Origin: Candidatus Eiseniibacteriota bacterium
GTDB taxonomy: Bacteria; Eisenbacteria; RBG-16-71-46; DASYSL01
Reading direction: 5' to 3'
DNA: 64,000 nucleotides
NCBI GenBank assembly: GCA_046598045.1
Contig: JBKJJJ010000127.1
Span: 1-64,000 of the forward strand
Below are positions 56,244 through 64,000 of this stretch, one piece after another (the first letter of the stretch is position 1; each line of letters opens with the position of its first letter). Below the pieces are notes generated by a model. That model was not told the DNA's origin and made no database searches. It was given only the letters and a program-made list of their open reading frames with translations. A program made the translations under genes and the position numbers.

Positions 56244-57641
56244 CTACTGCCCGGCGGCCGGCGGACCCAGGAGCGCGTCCCGCCGCTTGGTCAACGTGGC
56301 GAGCGTCGAGCGGCTGCGCTGCGCCTCGGGAAGCGCGTTGAGATACGCGATCGCCACCTCGTACGTCTTGCGCGCGGACACGGCGTCGCCCTTGCCCGTG
56401 AACGCATCGGCGCGTGCGAGATAGCTGCGCAGCTTGCGCGGCCCGTAGGCCCGCGCGAGCGCCCGGTCGGTTGCCGCCAGCGCGTCATCCCAGCGCTTGA
56501 GCGCGTTGTAGGCGATCGCCAGCCGGGCCGGCGGATTGTAATCGTTCGGTAGCGCCTGCTCGGACGCCTGGAGCATCGGGATGGCCTTCTCAGGCTGTCC
56601 CAGCTCGAGGTACGCCGAGAGCCGGTGCGGATCGAACACCGCGCGCTCGTCCGCCGTCCTGGCGCGGGCCGCGGCGCCCTCGAGGAAAGCGGCCCATTGC
56701 TCTGCGACCGCGTGCGCCCCGGTCGAATCGTGCGCCTCGGAGCGGGCGTCGTGCAACACGCCGTACGTGCCGCTGCGGTCATCGTCCGACATCAGGATCG
56801 AGGGGTCGGCCAGGTAGTCCCGCGTCCTCGCCTCGTAGCGCGCGATCAGCGCGGCACGCCCTTCCGCCGTGTCCGGCAACGCCAGCGCCGCCCCGAGCGC
56901 GCTGCCCGTGATGCTCGCGCCCGAGGTCGTGCGTCCGAGGCGCGGCAGCACGGTCTCGGCGAGCGCGAGCGAGGCGCGGCTCTGGTCGGTGGTCGAGAGC
57001 GCGTACATGAGCGATTCGACCGCGCGTGCGTAGCTCGCGTCTCCCGGCGCGAGCGCCGGCAACGCCTCCTGGTAGGCCGTGGCCGCGGCCGCATAGTTGC
57101 CGTCGCCGTACAGGCGATCCGCACGCGCGAGCGGTCCCCCGGGCGCCGCGAGTGCGGCGCGCGCGTCGTCGAGGAAGGCGTGGAGCTGGGGTAGCGTCAT
57201 GCCGCCGACCCAACGCCGGACGACGGTCTCGCTCTCGGCGTTCACCACGTAGAACGTGGGAAGCGCCTCGGTCGGGAGCTTCTTGAGCGCGGCCTGGTTC
57301 CTGGATTTCTCGTTATCAAGCGCCAGCCAGACAAACTGCCCGGCCCGGCTCGAGAGGGACGCGTCCGTGAAGACGAACGCCCTCATCGAGCGACACGTGT
57401 GTCACCAGGGTGCCCACGACTCGACGAAGATCGGAACGTGCCGCGCGCGCGCGATCGTCACCGCCCGCGCGTAATTGTCGGCGATGAACGGCACGGCCTC
57501 GGGACGCGCGGCCGCCTTCGCGACCGGCTTCGCGGCGTGCTTCGCGGGGTGCTTCGCGGCCACCGCGGCCTGCGCTGGCGCACTCGAGCCGGCCACGGCG
57601 GCGAACGCGAGGATGAGGAGCGATCCAACTCGAGCCAGCAT
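56244..57641 (-). CDS. Secreted thioredoxin-like + TPR protein with UxxC motif (probable selenoprotein)
   Basis: GGAGGT RBS and signal peptide. PIFVESWAPW-TGA-HTCRSMRAFVF continues in frame into the ORF-track gene 56244-57386, which has cis-Pro motif LPTF and TPR helices. TGA at 57402-57404 is codon 80. Confidence 0.85.
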
Positions 57642-57829
57642 GCTTGCACCTCCAATGCGGGAGAACGACCGTCGGCAGCATGCCCCAGCGCCAGGACGCG
57701 CGCAACGGCCGCGCGATATCGGCCCCGGCGCCCCGTCCCGGCGACTCAGGGCGATCCGCAACAACCGGTTGCCAGTCTGTCGCTTATGGCTCCGAAGCGC
57801 GCGTCCCGCTGATCCGCTAGGATACGCGG

Positions 57830-59260
57830 ATGACCGCGCCCGCCTCCCCTTCCAGGCCCGCCACGAGCGACCTGCGCGAGTTGTTCGCGCTCGCCGCGCC
57901 GGTGGTGTTCGTCCAGGTCGGCCTGATGACCATGGGCGTCGTCGACACGATCCTGGTCGGGCGCGTCTCCGCGGCCGCGCTGGCGGCGGTCGCGCTCGGC
58001 AACATGTACTTCATGACGGTCGCGATGCTCGGCATGGGCGTCCTGTTCGCGCTCGACACGGTGGTGTCCCAGGCCGTGGGCGCGGGCGACCAGGCGGGCA
58101 TCGCGCGCGGCGTCCAGCGCGGCCTCGTGCTCGCGGTGGCGATGACCGTGCCCTCGCTGCTGCCGCTGCTGCTCGCGCAGCCGGTCTTCGCGGCGCTCGG
58201 GCAGCCCGCGGCCGTGGTGCCGATCGCCGCGAAGTACGTGTGGGTCTCGATTCCGGGGCTCCTGCCATTCTTCGGGTTCATCGTGCTCCGGCAGTCGCTC
58301 CAGGCCATGGGCAAGCTCCGGCCGATCGTGCTCGCGATCGTGTTCGCCAACTTGCTCAACGCCCTCCTGTGCTGGATGTTCATCTTCGGCAAGCTGGGCG
58401 CCCCCGCGCTGGGCGCGGTCGGCACTGCGGTCGCCTCGACGACCGGACGCTGGGCGATGGCGCTGTTCCTGCTCGGCGCCGCGTGGAAGGACCTGCGCCC
58501 GGCGCTCAAGCCGCTCACGCGCGCCGCGCTCGAGGCGGAGCCGCTCCGGCGCATGGTGCGGCTCGGGCTGCCGATCGGGCTCCAGTTCATGCTCGAGGTC
58601 GGCGTCTTCAGCCTGGTCGGCGTGTTCATGGGCCGCATGAGCGCGATCGCGCTCGCCGGGCACCAGGTCGCGATCACGCTCGCGAGCCTGACGTTCATGG
58701 TCCCGCTCGGCATCTCGGTCTCGGGTGCGGTGCTGGTCGGACGCGCCGTCGGGCGGCGCGACGAGGGCGGCGCCCGCCGCGCGGCGAAGCTCGCGATCGC
58801 GACCAGCACGATTTTCATGGCGTGTTCGGCCCTGACGCTCCTTTTCTTCCCGGGACTGTTCGCGCGGCTCTACACGACGGACGCGGCGGTGATCGCCGTC
58901 GCCGCGAGCCTGATCCCGATCGCGGGCGTGTTCCAGGTGTTCGACGGCATCCAGGTGACCTCGGGCGGCGTGCTGCGAGGGTTCGGCGAGACGCGCTCGC
59001 CGATGATCGCGAACCTCGTCGGCTACTGGGTGATCGGATTCCCGGTCAGCCTGCTGCTCGCGTTTCGCTTTGGGCTCGGTCCGCGCGGGCTGTGGTGGGG
59101 ATTCGTGGTCGGGTTGGGATCGGTCGCGATCTTCCTGTTATCGCGGGTGCGCCTCAAGCTGGCGCACGTCCCGGAGCCGGTGACGATCGACCGGCCGCCT
59201 CCGCCGTCGGGCATCGCGCAGCCGGATCCGTTCGCCGTGGCGGAACATCCAGCGGGTTGA
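57830..59260 (+). CDS. MATE-family efflux transporter (NorM-like)
   Basis: GVVDTILVGR, LDTVVSQAVGA, PALGAVG, RLGLPIGLQFMLEV, FQVFDGIQ...GVLRG. Confidence 0.95.
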   Translation: MTAPASPSRPATSDLRELFALAAPVVFVQVGLMTMGVVDTILVGRVSAAALAAVALGNMYFMTVAMLGMGVLFALDTVVSQAVGAGDQAGIARGVQRGLVLAVAMTVPSLLPLLLAQPVFAALGQPAAVVPIAAKYVWVSIPGLLPFFGFIVLRQSLQAMGKLRPIVLAIVFANLLNALLCWMFIFGKLGAPALGAVGTAVASTTGRWAMALFLLGAAWKDLRPALKPLTRAALEAEPLRRMVRLGLPIGLQFMLEVGVFSLVGVFMGRMSAIALAGHQVAITLASLTFMVPLGISVSGAVLVGRAVGRRDEGGARRAAKLAIATSTIFMACSALTLLFFPGLFARLYTTDAAVIAVAASLIPIAGVFQVFDGIQVTSGGVLRGFGETRSPMIANLVGYWVIGFPVSLLLAFRFGLGPRGLWWGFVVGLGSVAIFLLSRVRLKLAHVPEPVTIDRPPPPSGIAQPDPFAVAEHPAG

Positions 59261-59289
59261 GGCCCCGCGCCGCGCGGGCGCGGGGCCTC
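59260..59289. terminator. Hairpin between convergent genes
   Basis: AGGCCCCGCGCC-GCGCG-GGCGCGGGGCCT inverted repeat. Confidence 0.6.
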
Positions 59290-59314
59290 GTTCGCTGCCG
59301 GAGACCCTGGTCGG

Positions 59315-61027
59315 TCAGCCGCCGACGGCGCTGACCCTCACCATGCGCTTCGCCGCGTTCAGCCCGGGGCCGACCGCGCGATAGAAGAACACGCCCGGCG
59401 CCACCTTGCTGCCCGCGTCGTCCCGGCCATCCCACGTCGCCGCGTGCGTCCCCGCGGGCAGCTCGGTCGAGAGCAGGTGCTTCACCTCGCGGCCCGCGAC
59501 GTCGAAGATCACGATCTCGGTGTGGCCCGCCGTAGGCAGCGTGAAACCGATCGAGGTCGTGACCGTGAACGGGTTCGGCCACGCGTCGCGCAGCGCCACG
59601 CTCCCGCCCCCGCCACCCGGATCGACCGAGGTGACGCGCGGCTGGAACCAGCCGATGTCCTCGAACGCGAACTTCGTCAGGTCGACGGTGCTCGAGAGGC
59701 CGTCGGTGATGAACGGCTCCATCAGGAGGCTCGGCTCCGCGCTCGGGTCCCAGTGCGAGATCGACGAGCCCGGCTCGACCGGGTTCGGGGTGTAGAGCAG
59801 CACGCGCCCGTTGTCGTCGGCGCCCGCGAGGAACGCGGGGTTCGGCCCGATCGACATGGTGACTCCGCCGCCGAGCTGCCCCTTGATCGCGGTGCCGTCC
59901 GCCTGCGAGACGCTGACCGTCGGGATCGTGATGCTCGGGTCGGTGCCGCCCATCGCGGGCGGCGTGCCGGCCACGTTGTTCACGATCACGACCGCGATTG
60001 CGCCGGCCGCCTGCGCGCCGGCCGTCTTCTGGACGAAAGCACAGTTGCCGCGGTCGATGAGCGCGATCTTGCCCACCATCGCGCCGCCGTTGACCAGCGC
60101 GGTGCAGCCATCGGACGTCGGCACGAGGCCGTCATCGGCGAGCACGACCGATCCGCTGACCGTCGCGGCGCCGGCGGAGGGGCCGAAGTCGGCGGTGCCG
60201 TAGACCTTGAGCCCCGCGATCCCCGCCGGCGTGAGCACGCGCACCTCGGTGCGCGGGCCGAGCACGGTCGGCGCGACCACCTTGACCGCGGAGCCGTCCC
60301 ATCCCACGTGGCCGGTGTTGAGCGCCGAGGTCGCGCGCTGGGCGTTGCTCATGGTGTTCCAGCGCAGCCCCACCGAGTTGTCGAAGACGAAGCGCTGGTA
60401 GATGTCCGGGAAGTTGTTGAAAAACGCGCCGGTGCTCAGGCTGCCGTACTGGGCGAAGCCCAGGCCATGGCCGAGCTCGTGCAGCACGACCGGCAACAGC
60501 TCGATCTTGCCGACGGGCTCGTTGCCGTCGACGCCGTAGTACCACGTCTGGCCGCCGAGGCAGCCGCCCCCGTCGAGCGTGGAATTGAACTGCGCATTGA
60601 TATCGTTGCCGAGAGGGTCCTCGTCGACGCCCGCGAGCCGGCTCGCGAGGGCAATCGGATACCAGGTCCCCGTGAACTCCGCGTTCGGAAAGTCGCGCAG
60701 CAGCGTGACCGCGCCCGCGCTGCCGAGAGCCGCGCTCGTGGCGTCGCAGCTCAAGGGGTTGAACTGCGCCGACACCTTGATCGTCACCGCCGAGGGCAGA
60801 ATGTTGCCCCAGATGCCGGCCGCATTCTGGAACACGAACAGGCGCTGCGCGCCGAGCGTCGTCCCCGGGTTGCCGCCGACAGGCGCCGCGGCGGTCGGAT
60901 CATTGAAGCCCTCGCCCGCACCATCCGAGTTGACGATCACGATCGTCGCCGCTCGCGCGACGAGGGGAATGGAGAGAGTCATGAAGACGAGGAGGGCGGC
61001 CGGCGTGAACCTGCGGAGCTCGCCCAT
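59315..61027 (-). CDS. Secreted zinc metallopeptidase with inserted PA domain and FlgD/T9SS-like CTD
   Basis: Starts MGELRRFTPAALLVF. VLHELGHGLGF zincin motif; PA domain GKIALIDRGNCAFVQK...AGAIAVVIVNN; GSSISHWD...LLMEP; PNPF...IFDVAGREV...WDGRDDAG...PGVFFYR. Confidence 0.88.
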   Translation of the reverse strand: MGELRRFTPAALLVFMTLSIPLVARAATIVIVNSDGAGEGFNDPTAAAPVGGNPGTTLGAQRLFVFQNAAGIWGNILPSAVTIKVSAQFNPLSCDATSAALGSAGAVTLLRDFPNAEFTGTWYPIALASRLAGVDEDPLGNDINAQFNSTLDGGGCLGGQTWYYGVDGNEPVGKIELLPVVLHELGHGLGFAQYGSLSTGAFFNNFPDIYQRFVFDNSVGLRWNTMSNAQRATSALNTGHVGWDGSAVKVVAPTVLGPRTEVRVLTPAGIAGLKVYGTADFGPSAGAATVSGSVVLADDGLVPTSDGCTALVNGGAMVGKIALIDRGNCAFVQKTAGAQAAGAIAVVIVNNVAGTPPAMGGTDPSITIPTVSVSQADGTAIKGQLGGGVTMSIGPNPAFLAGADDNGRVLLYTPNPVEPGSSISHWDPSAEPSLLMEPFITDGLSSTVDLTKFAFEDIGWFQPRVTSVDPGGGGGSVALRDAWPNPFTVTTSIGFTLPTAGHTEIVIFDVAGREVKHLLSTELPAGTHAATWDGRDDAGSKVAPGVFFYRAVGPGLNAAKRMVRVSAVGG

Positions 61028-61584
61028 CACTGGACCTCGTGCTTCGGCGCGGGCGCCGCGGCCTGGGTCTGTGCATCCTTCCGGAAGCGCGCGGCCGCCT
61101 CGGGCCCGTGCACGCAATCGCGCACCAGCTTGCCGTCCGGACCGATGCGCGCCACCTCGTACTCCTGGAATCGCTCGTCGAGCCGCGCCAGCGTGGCGCC
61201 GTTGGCGAGCCGCTCCGTGGTGATGCCGCGCGCGGGATCATCATCGGGCGCGGCCTGGTGGATGCCGGACTGGGCGTCGAGCGCCTGCACCTGCTCGGCG
61301 GTCGGACGCACGAGGCGTCCGGTCGCCGGATCGATCGCGGCCTTCATGCCGAAGGTTCCGCGCGTCGTCGCAACCTTCGCGGCGCGCACGCGCGTAACGT
61401 GCGCCTTGGCGTGCGCGGCCTTGGCGTGCGTCGCCTTGGCGTGCGTCGCCTTGCGCGCGGTCGGGAGCAACGTGTGCGCCCCTGCGGCCTGGGCCGGCGG
61501 CGTGGATGCGATCATGATCAGGGCGGTGAGCGCTCCGGCGATGCTGACCCGGAGCGTGGGGGGCTGAGCAATCCATCGCTTCAT
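61027..61584 (-). CDS. Secreted small protein with DPxTG-L-RPT motif (resembles 'post-PEP-CTERM-1' type proteins)
   Basis: GAGGAG RBS, MKRWIAQ... signal-like leader, KATHA repeats, AAIDPATGRLVRPTAEQ, ARIGPDGKLVRDC. Stop overlaps the peptidase start (TGATG). Confidence 0.75.
   Translation of the reverse strand: MKRWIAQPPTLRVSIAGALTALIMIASTPPAQAAGAHTLLPTARKATHAKATHAKAAHAKAHVTRVRAAKVATTRGTFGMKAAIDPATGRLVRPTAEQVQALDAQSGIHQAAPDDDPARGITTERLANGATLARLDERFQEYEVARIGPDGKLVRDCVHGPEAAARFRKDAQTQAAAPAPKHEVQ
61403..61453. repeat. 15-bp tandem repeat encoding KA(T/A)HA
   Basis: GCCTTGGCGTGCG(CG/TC) x3 plus a partial copy. Confidence 0.8.
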
Positions 61585-61806
61585 GGCGCGTGATCTCCTC
61601 GTAGGTCGGCGCGGGACTGCAGGGTGTCGATCAAGCGTAGCACGGTCCGCAGGTCGTTGAAGAATTGCACTTTGCCCGCTCCGGCGGCCCCTGGCAGGGC
61701 CCGTTACAAAGCGCTGCATGCCCGGGGCCCGGCTGCCGATACCCCGGGGGTACCGCGCGGCGGACGGTTTTCCGCCGGCGCCTGGGACGATTCCACGGAG
61801 GCCGCG

Positions 61807-63462
61807 ATGGCGCAATTCGACAGCGCCTTTCAGGACGAACTCGCAGATCTCGATCGCAGGAACTGGTCGCTGTGGTTCGTGAACGGGTTGCTGCTCGTGT
61901 TCATGGCGGCGGTGATCACATCGCTGTACCTCCCCCGCATCTGGGGCCTGATCGTGCCCGAGTTTCCGGCTCCCGAGACCCGGGGCATCCTGGTCACCGG
62001 AATGTGTGGCCTGGTGCTCGTCTTCATGCTCTACATGCTGCTCAAGCAGCGCCAGATGCAGACGCTGCGTAACGACCTGATCCGGGCGCGCGTGAAGGAG
62101 GAGGTCCTGCGTTCGCGGCTCTCCGAGATCACCTCGTTGTTCGACATGTCGACCTCGGTCAACATGCAGCTCAGCGTCGACTCCATCCTCGACATCATCA
62201 CCCGCCGGGTGCTGACCTGCCTCGAGGCGGACCAGTCGTCGATCCTGCTGCTGAACGTCGAGAACCAGCACCTCGAGGCCCGCTCGGTGCATGGCGTCGA
62301 CTCGGACTTCGTCAAGGACGCGCGCATCAAGCTGGGCGAGGGCATTGCCGGCTACGTCGCGCAGCACGGCGAGCCCATGGTGCTCAACGACGAGGACATC
62401 CAGCGGCGCTTCGCGTCCTCGAAGAAGACCGGCCGCAACATCACGTCGGCGCTGTGCATCCCGCTGATGATCAAGGGGCGCGCGATCGGCGTGCTCAACA
62501 TCAACCGGATCGACCGCGACCGCTCGTTCAGCGCGGGTGACGCTCGCGTCCTCGCCGTGTTCGGCGAGCACGCGGCGGTGGCGATCCAGCGCGTCGAGGA
62601 ATACCGCGCGCTCGACACGCGGGCCTCACTCCTCGAGGACGCGAACCGGCGCCTGGCCGAGGTCAACCGGATGAAGGAGATCTTCCTCTACACGGTGAGC
62701 CACGAGCTCAAGACGCCGCTGACGTGCATCATCGCGTATGCCGAGTTCCTGCGGCAGGACGAGAACGCGATCGATCCGGACCAGCGCCGGACGTTCTCGC
62801 GCATCCTCTACGACCAGGCGAACCGGCTGCTCGAGCTGGTCAACGACATCATGGACCTGTCCCGCCTCGAGGGCGGAGCGGCGCGGCTCAACCTGACGCC
62901 GACCAGCATGAATTCGATCGTGGATTCGAGCGTGCAGGCGCTGGAGACGCTCGCGGTGCGCAAGGGCATCCACCTCGCGCACGAGCTGGCGGGTGAGATG
63001 CCGGTGATTCCGGTCGACGCCTCGAAACTGCGCCAGGTGATCGTCAACCTGCTCAACAATGCGATCAAGTTCACCGAGGCCGGCGGCACGATTACGATCG
63101 GCACGCGCATCTGGGACGGCAGCGTGATCGTCGAGGTGTCCGATTCGGGCATTGGGATCCCGGCGCGCGACCTGACGCGCATCTTCGACCTGTTCGCGCG
63201 CTCCGACGTGGCGGTCAGCCGTCACTACGAGGGGCTCGGCCTGGGTCTCCACCTGGTCAAGCGCCTGGTGGAGCTGCACGGCGGCCGCGTCTGGGTCGAG
63301 AGCACACCCGGCAAGGGCAGCCGATTCTCGTTCAGCCTGCCGATGGCGCAGGCGATGCCTACGGGTGCCGTGGAACCGGCCAAGGACGGATCGATGTCGG
63401 GCCCCGAGCCGATGCCGGCGATCTCGGCGAACGGGGCGGACGCGGGAGAGCGCGCGGCCTAG
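61807..63462 (+). CDS. Membrane GAF-domain sensor histidine kinase
   Basis: GGAGG RBS before MAQFDSAF; two TM helices; GAF (GEGIAGYVA...ALCIPL...IGVLNI); H-box [10 protein letters not shown]-box [29 protein letters not shown]. Confidence 0.95.
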   Translation: MAQFDSAFQDELADLDRRNWSLWFVNGLLLVFMAAVITSLYLPRIWGLIVPEFPAPETRGILVTGMCGLVLVFMLYMLLKQRQMQTLRNDLIRARVKEEVLRSRLSEITSLFDMSTSVNMQLSVDSILDIITRRVLTCLEADQSSILLLNVENQHLEARSVHGVDSDFVKDARIKLGEGIAGYVAQHGEPMVLNDEDIQRRFASSKKTGRNITSALCIPLMIKGRAIGVLNINRIDRDRSFSAGDARVLAVFGEHAAVAIQRVEEYRALDTRASLLEDANRRLAEVNRMKEIFLYTVSHELKTPLTCIIAYAEFLRQDENAIDPDQRRTFSRILYDQANRLLELVNDIMDLSRLEGGAARLNLTPTSMNSIVDSSVQALETLAVRKGIHLAHELAGEMPVIPVDASKLRQVIVNLLNNAIKFTEAGGTITIGTRIWDGSVIVEVSDSGIGIPARDLTRIFDLFARSDVAVSRHYEGLGLGLHLVKRLVELHGGRVWVESTPGKGSRFSFSLPMAQAMPTGAVEPAKDGSMSGPEPMPAISANGADAGERAA

Positions 63463-63848
63463 AGTGGGCGGTCCATCTCGCGGGGCTTGAGCAGCTCGCT
63501 GATGCGCTCACGCAGGAGCGAAATTCCGCCCGGCTTGCGCAGCAACCCGGACGCGCCGTGTTCGAGCGCGTAGGCGTCGTCCACCGCGCGGTCGCCGGTG
63601 TGCAGGATGACCGGGATCCAGGTCCCCGCCTGGCGCACGTCAACCAGCAACGCGCCGGCCCGGCCACCGTCCGTGCGCGGCTCGAGCACGATCACCTCGG
63701 GCGAGAGGTCGTTGACCGCGGCAACCGCCTCCTCGACGGTGTCGGCCCCATAGAACGACCAACCCTCCCGTTCGATCATCGCCGACAACTCCTCCTTGAC
63801 CACAGGATCGTCGTCGATCACGAGGATGCGCGGACCTCCGGGCTTCAA
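63459..63848 (-). CDS. Single-domain response regulator, atypical (Glu at phosphoacceptor position)
   Basis: AAGGAG then TTG start; [16 protein letters not shown] (Asp expected), [16 protein letters not shown]. Confidence 0.8.
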   Translation of the reverse strand: MKPGGPRILVIDDDPVVKEELSAMIEREGWSFYGADTVEEAVAAVNDLSPEVIVLEPRTDGGRAGALLVDVRQAGTWIPVILHTGDRAVDDAYALEHGASGLLRKPGGISLLRERISELLKPREMDRPL

Positions 63849-63912
63849 GGCGACTCCTTTGCAAGGGTGCGGAAATTCGGGATCCCCGGGCTCGCAATCA
63901 CCGGCCGGAGGG

Positions 63913-63999
63913 TCACTCTTCCCGGTTGGATGCCAGGGCCTCGCGATTCGTGCGCAGGGGTTCATCGACGGTGAGGCGCGCCAGGTCGTCCATGGTCTC
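63913..63999 (-). CDS. 3' end of an upstream gene cut by the window edge
   Basis: Open frame ETMDDLARLTVDEPLRTNREALASNREE* with GC3-rich codons; too short to identify. Confidence 0.35.
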   Translation of the reverse strand, partial: ETMDDLARLTVDEPLRTNREALASNREE

Positions 64000-64000
64000 C

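Noticed and set aside
57402..57404. Nonsense mutation making a pseudogene
   Set aside because: Not excluded but disfavoured: the only lesion is a TGA at the redox Cys position, and both halves are otherwise intact.

Overview
High-GC (visually ~70%) bacterial genomic window with no rRNA, tRNA, CRISPR array or recognisable mobile element. The gene content (many secreted proteins with FlgD/T9SS-like C-terminal domains, a PorV-like gene, a C-terminal TWGKIKADYR motif) suggests an FCB-related diderm such as Candidatus Eisenbacteria (inference). (1) 1-22.7 kb, minus strand: a 13-gene, mostly translationally coupled glycan-utilisation operon, probably for beta-1,2-glucan. It has a perfect LacI-type operator over the promoter, LacI, a CBM9-like protein, a non-SusC TonB-dependent receptor, a large surface protein, a PorV-like barrel, two GH144-like glucanases, a GH94 phosphorylase, an ABC transporter and a discoidin protein. 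(2) etfB-etfA and a LysE exporter. (3) A MalT-like STAND/BTAD activator followed by three secreted S8 subtilases and an S41-like peptidase, with SARP-style direct repeats. (4) A ThrE exporter preceded by an unannotated 43-aa ORF and a possible attenuator, then Hpt, ANKH/MATE-like, LysM and lipoprotein genes. (5) A ~3300-aa protein fusing 12 DUF11 repeats, a probable beta-barrel and an OmpA domain, behind a structured GGA-hairpin leader. (6) A secreted thioredoxin-TPR protein with an in-frame UGA at the first position of its CxxC motif (probable selenoprotein, split by the ORF track). (7) A MATE pump, a PA-domain zinc peptidase with a coupled partner gene, and a GAF histidine kinase converging on a pseudo-receiver. 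All family assignments come from motif reading only; no searches were run.
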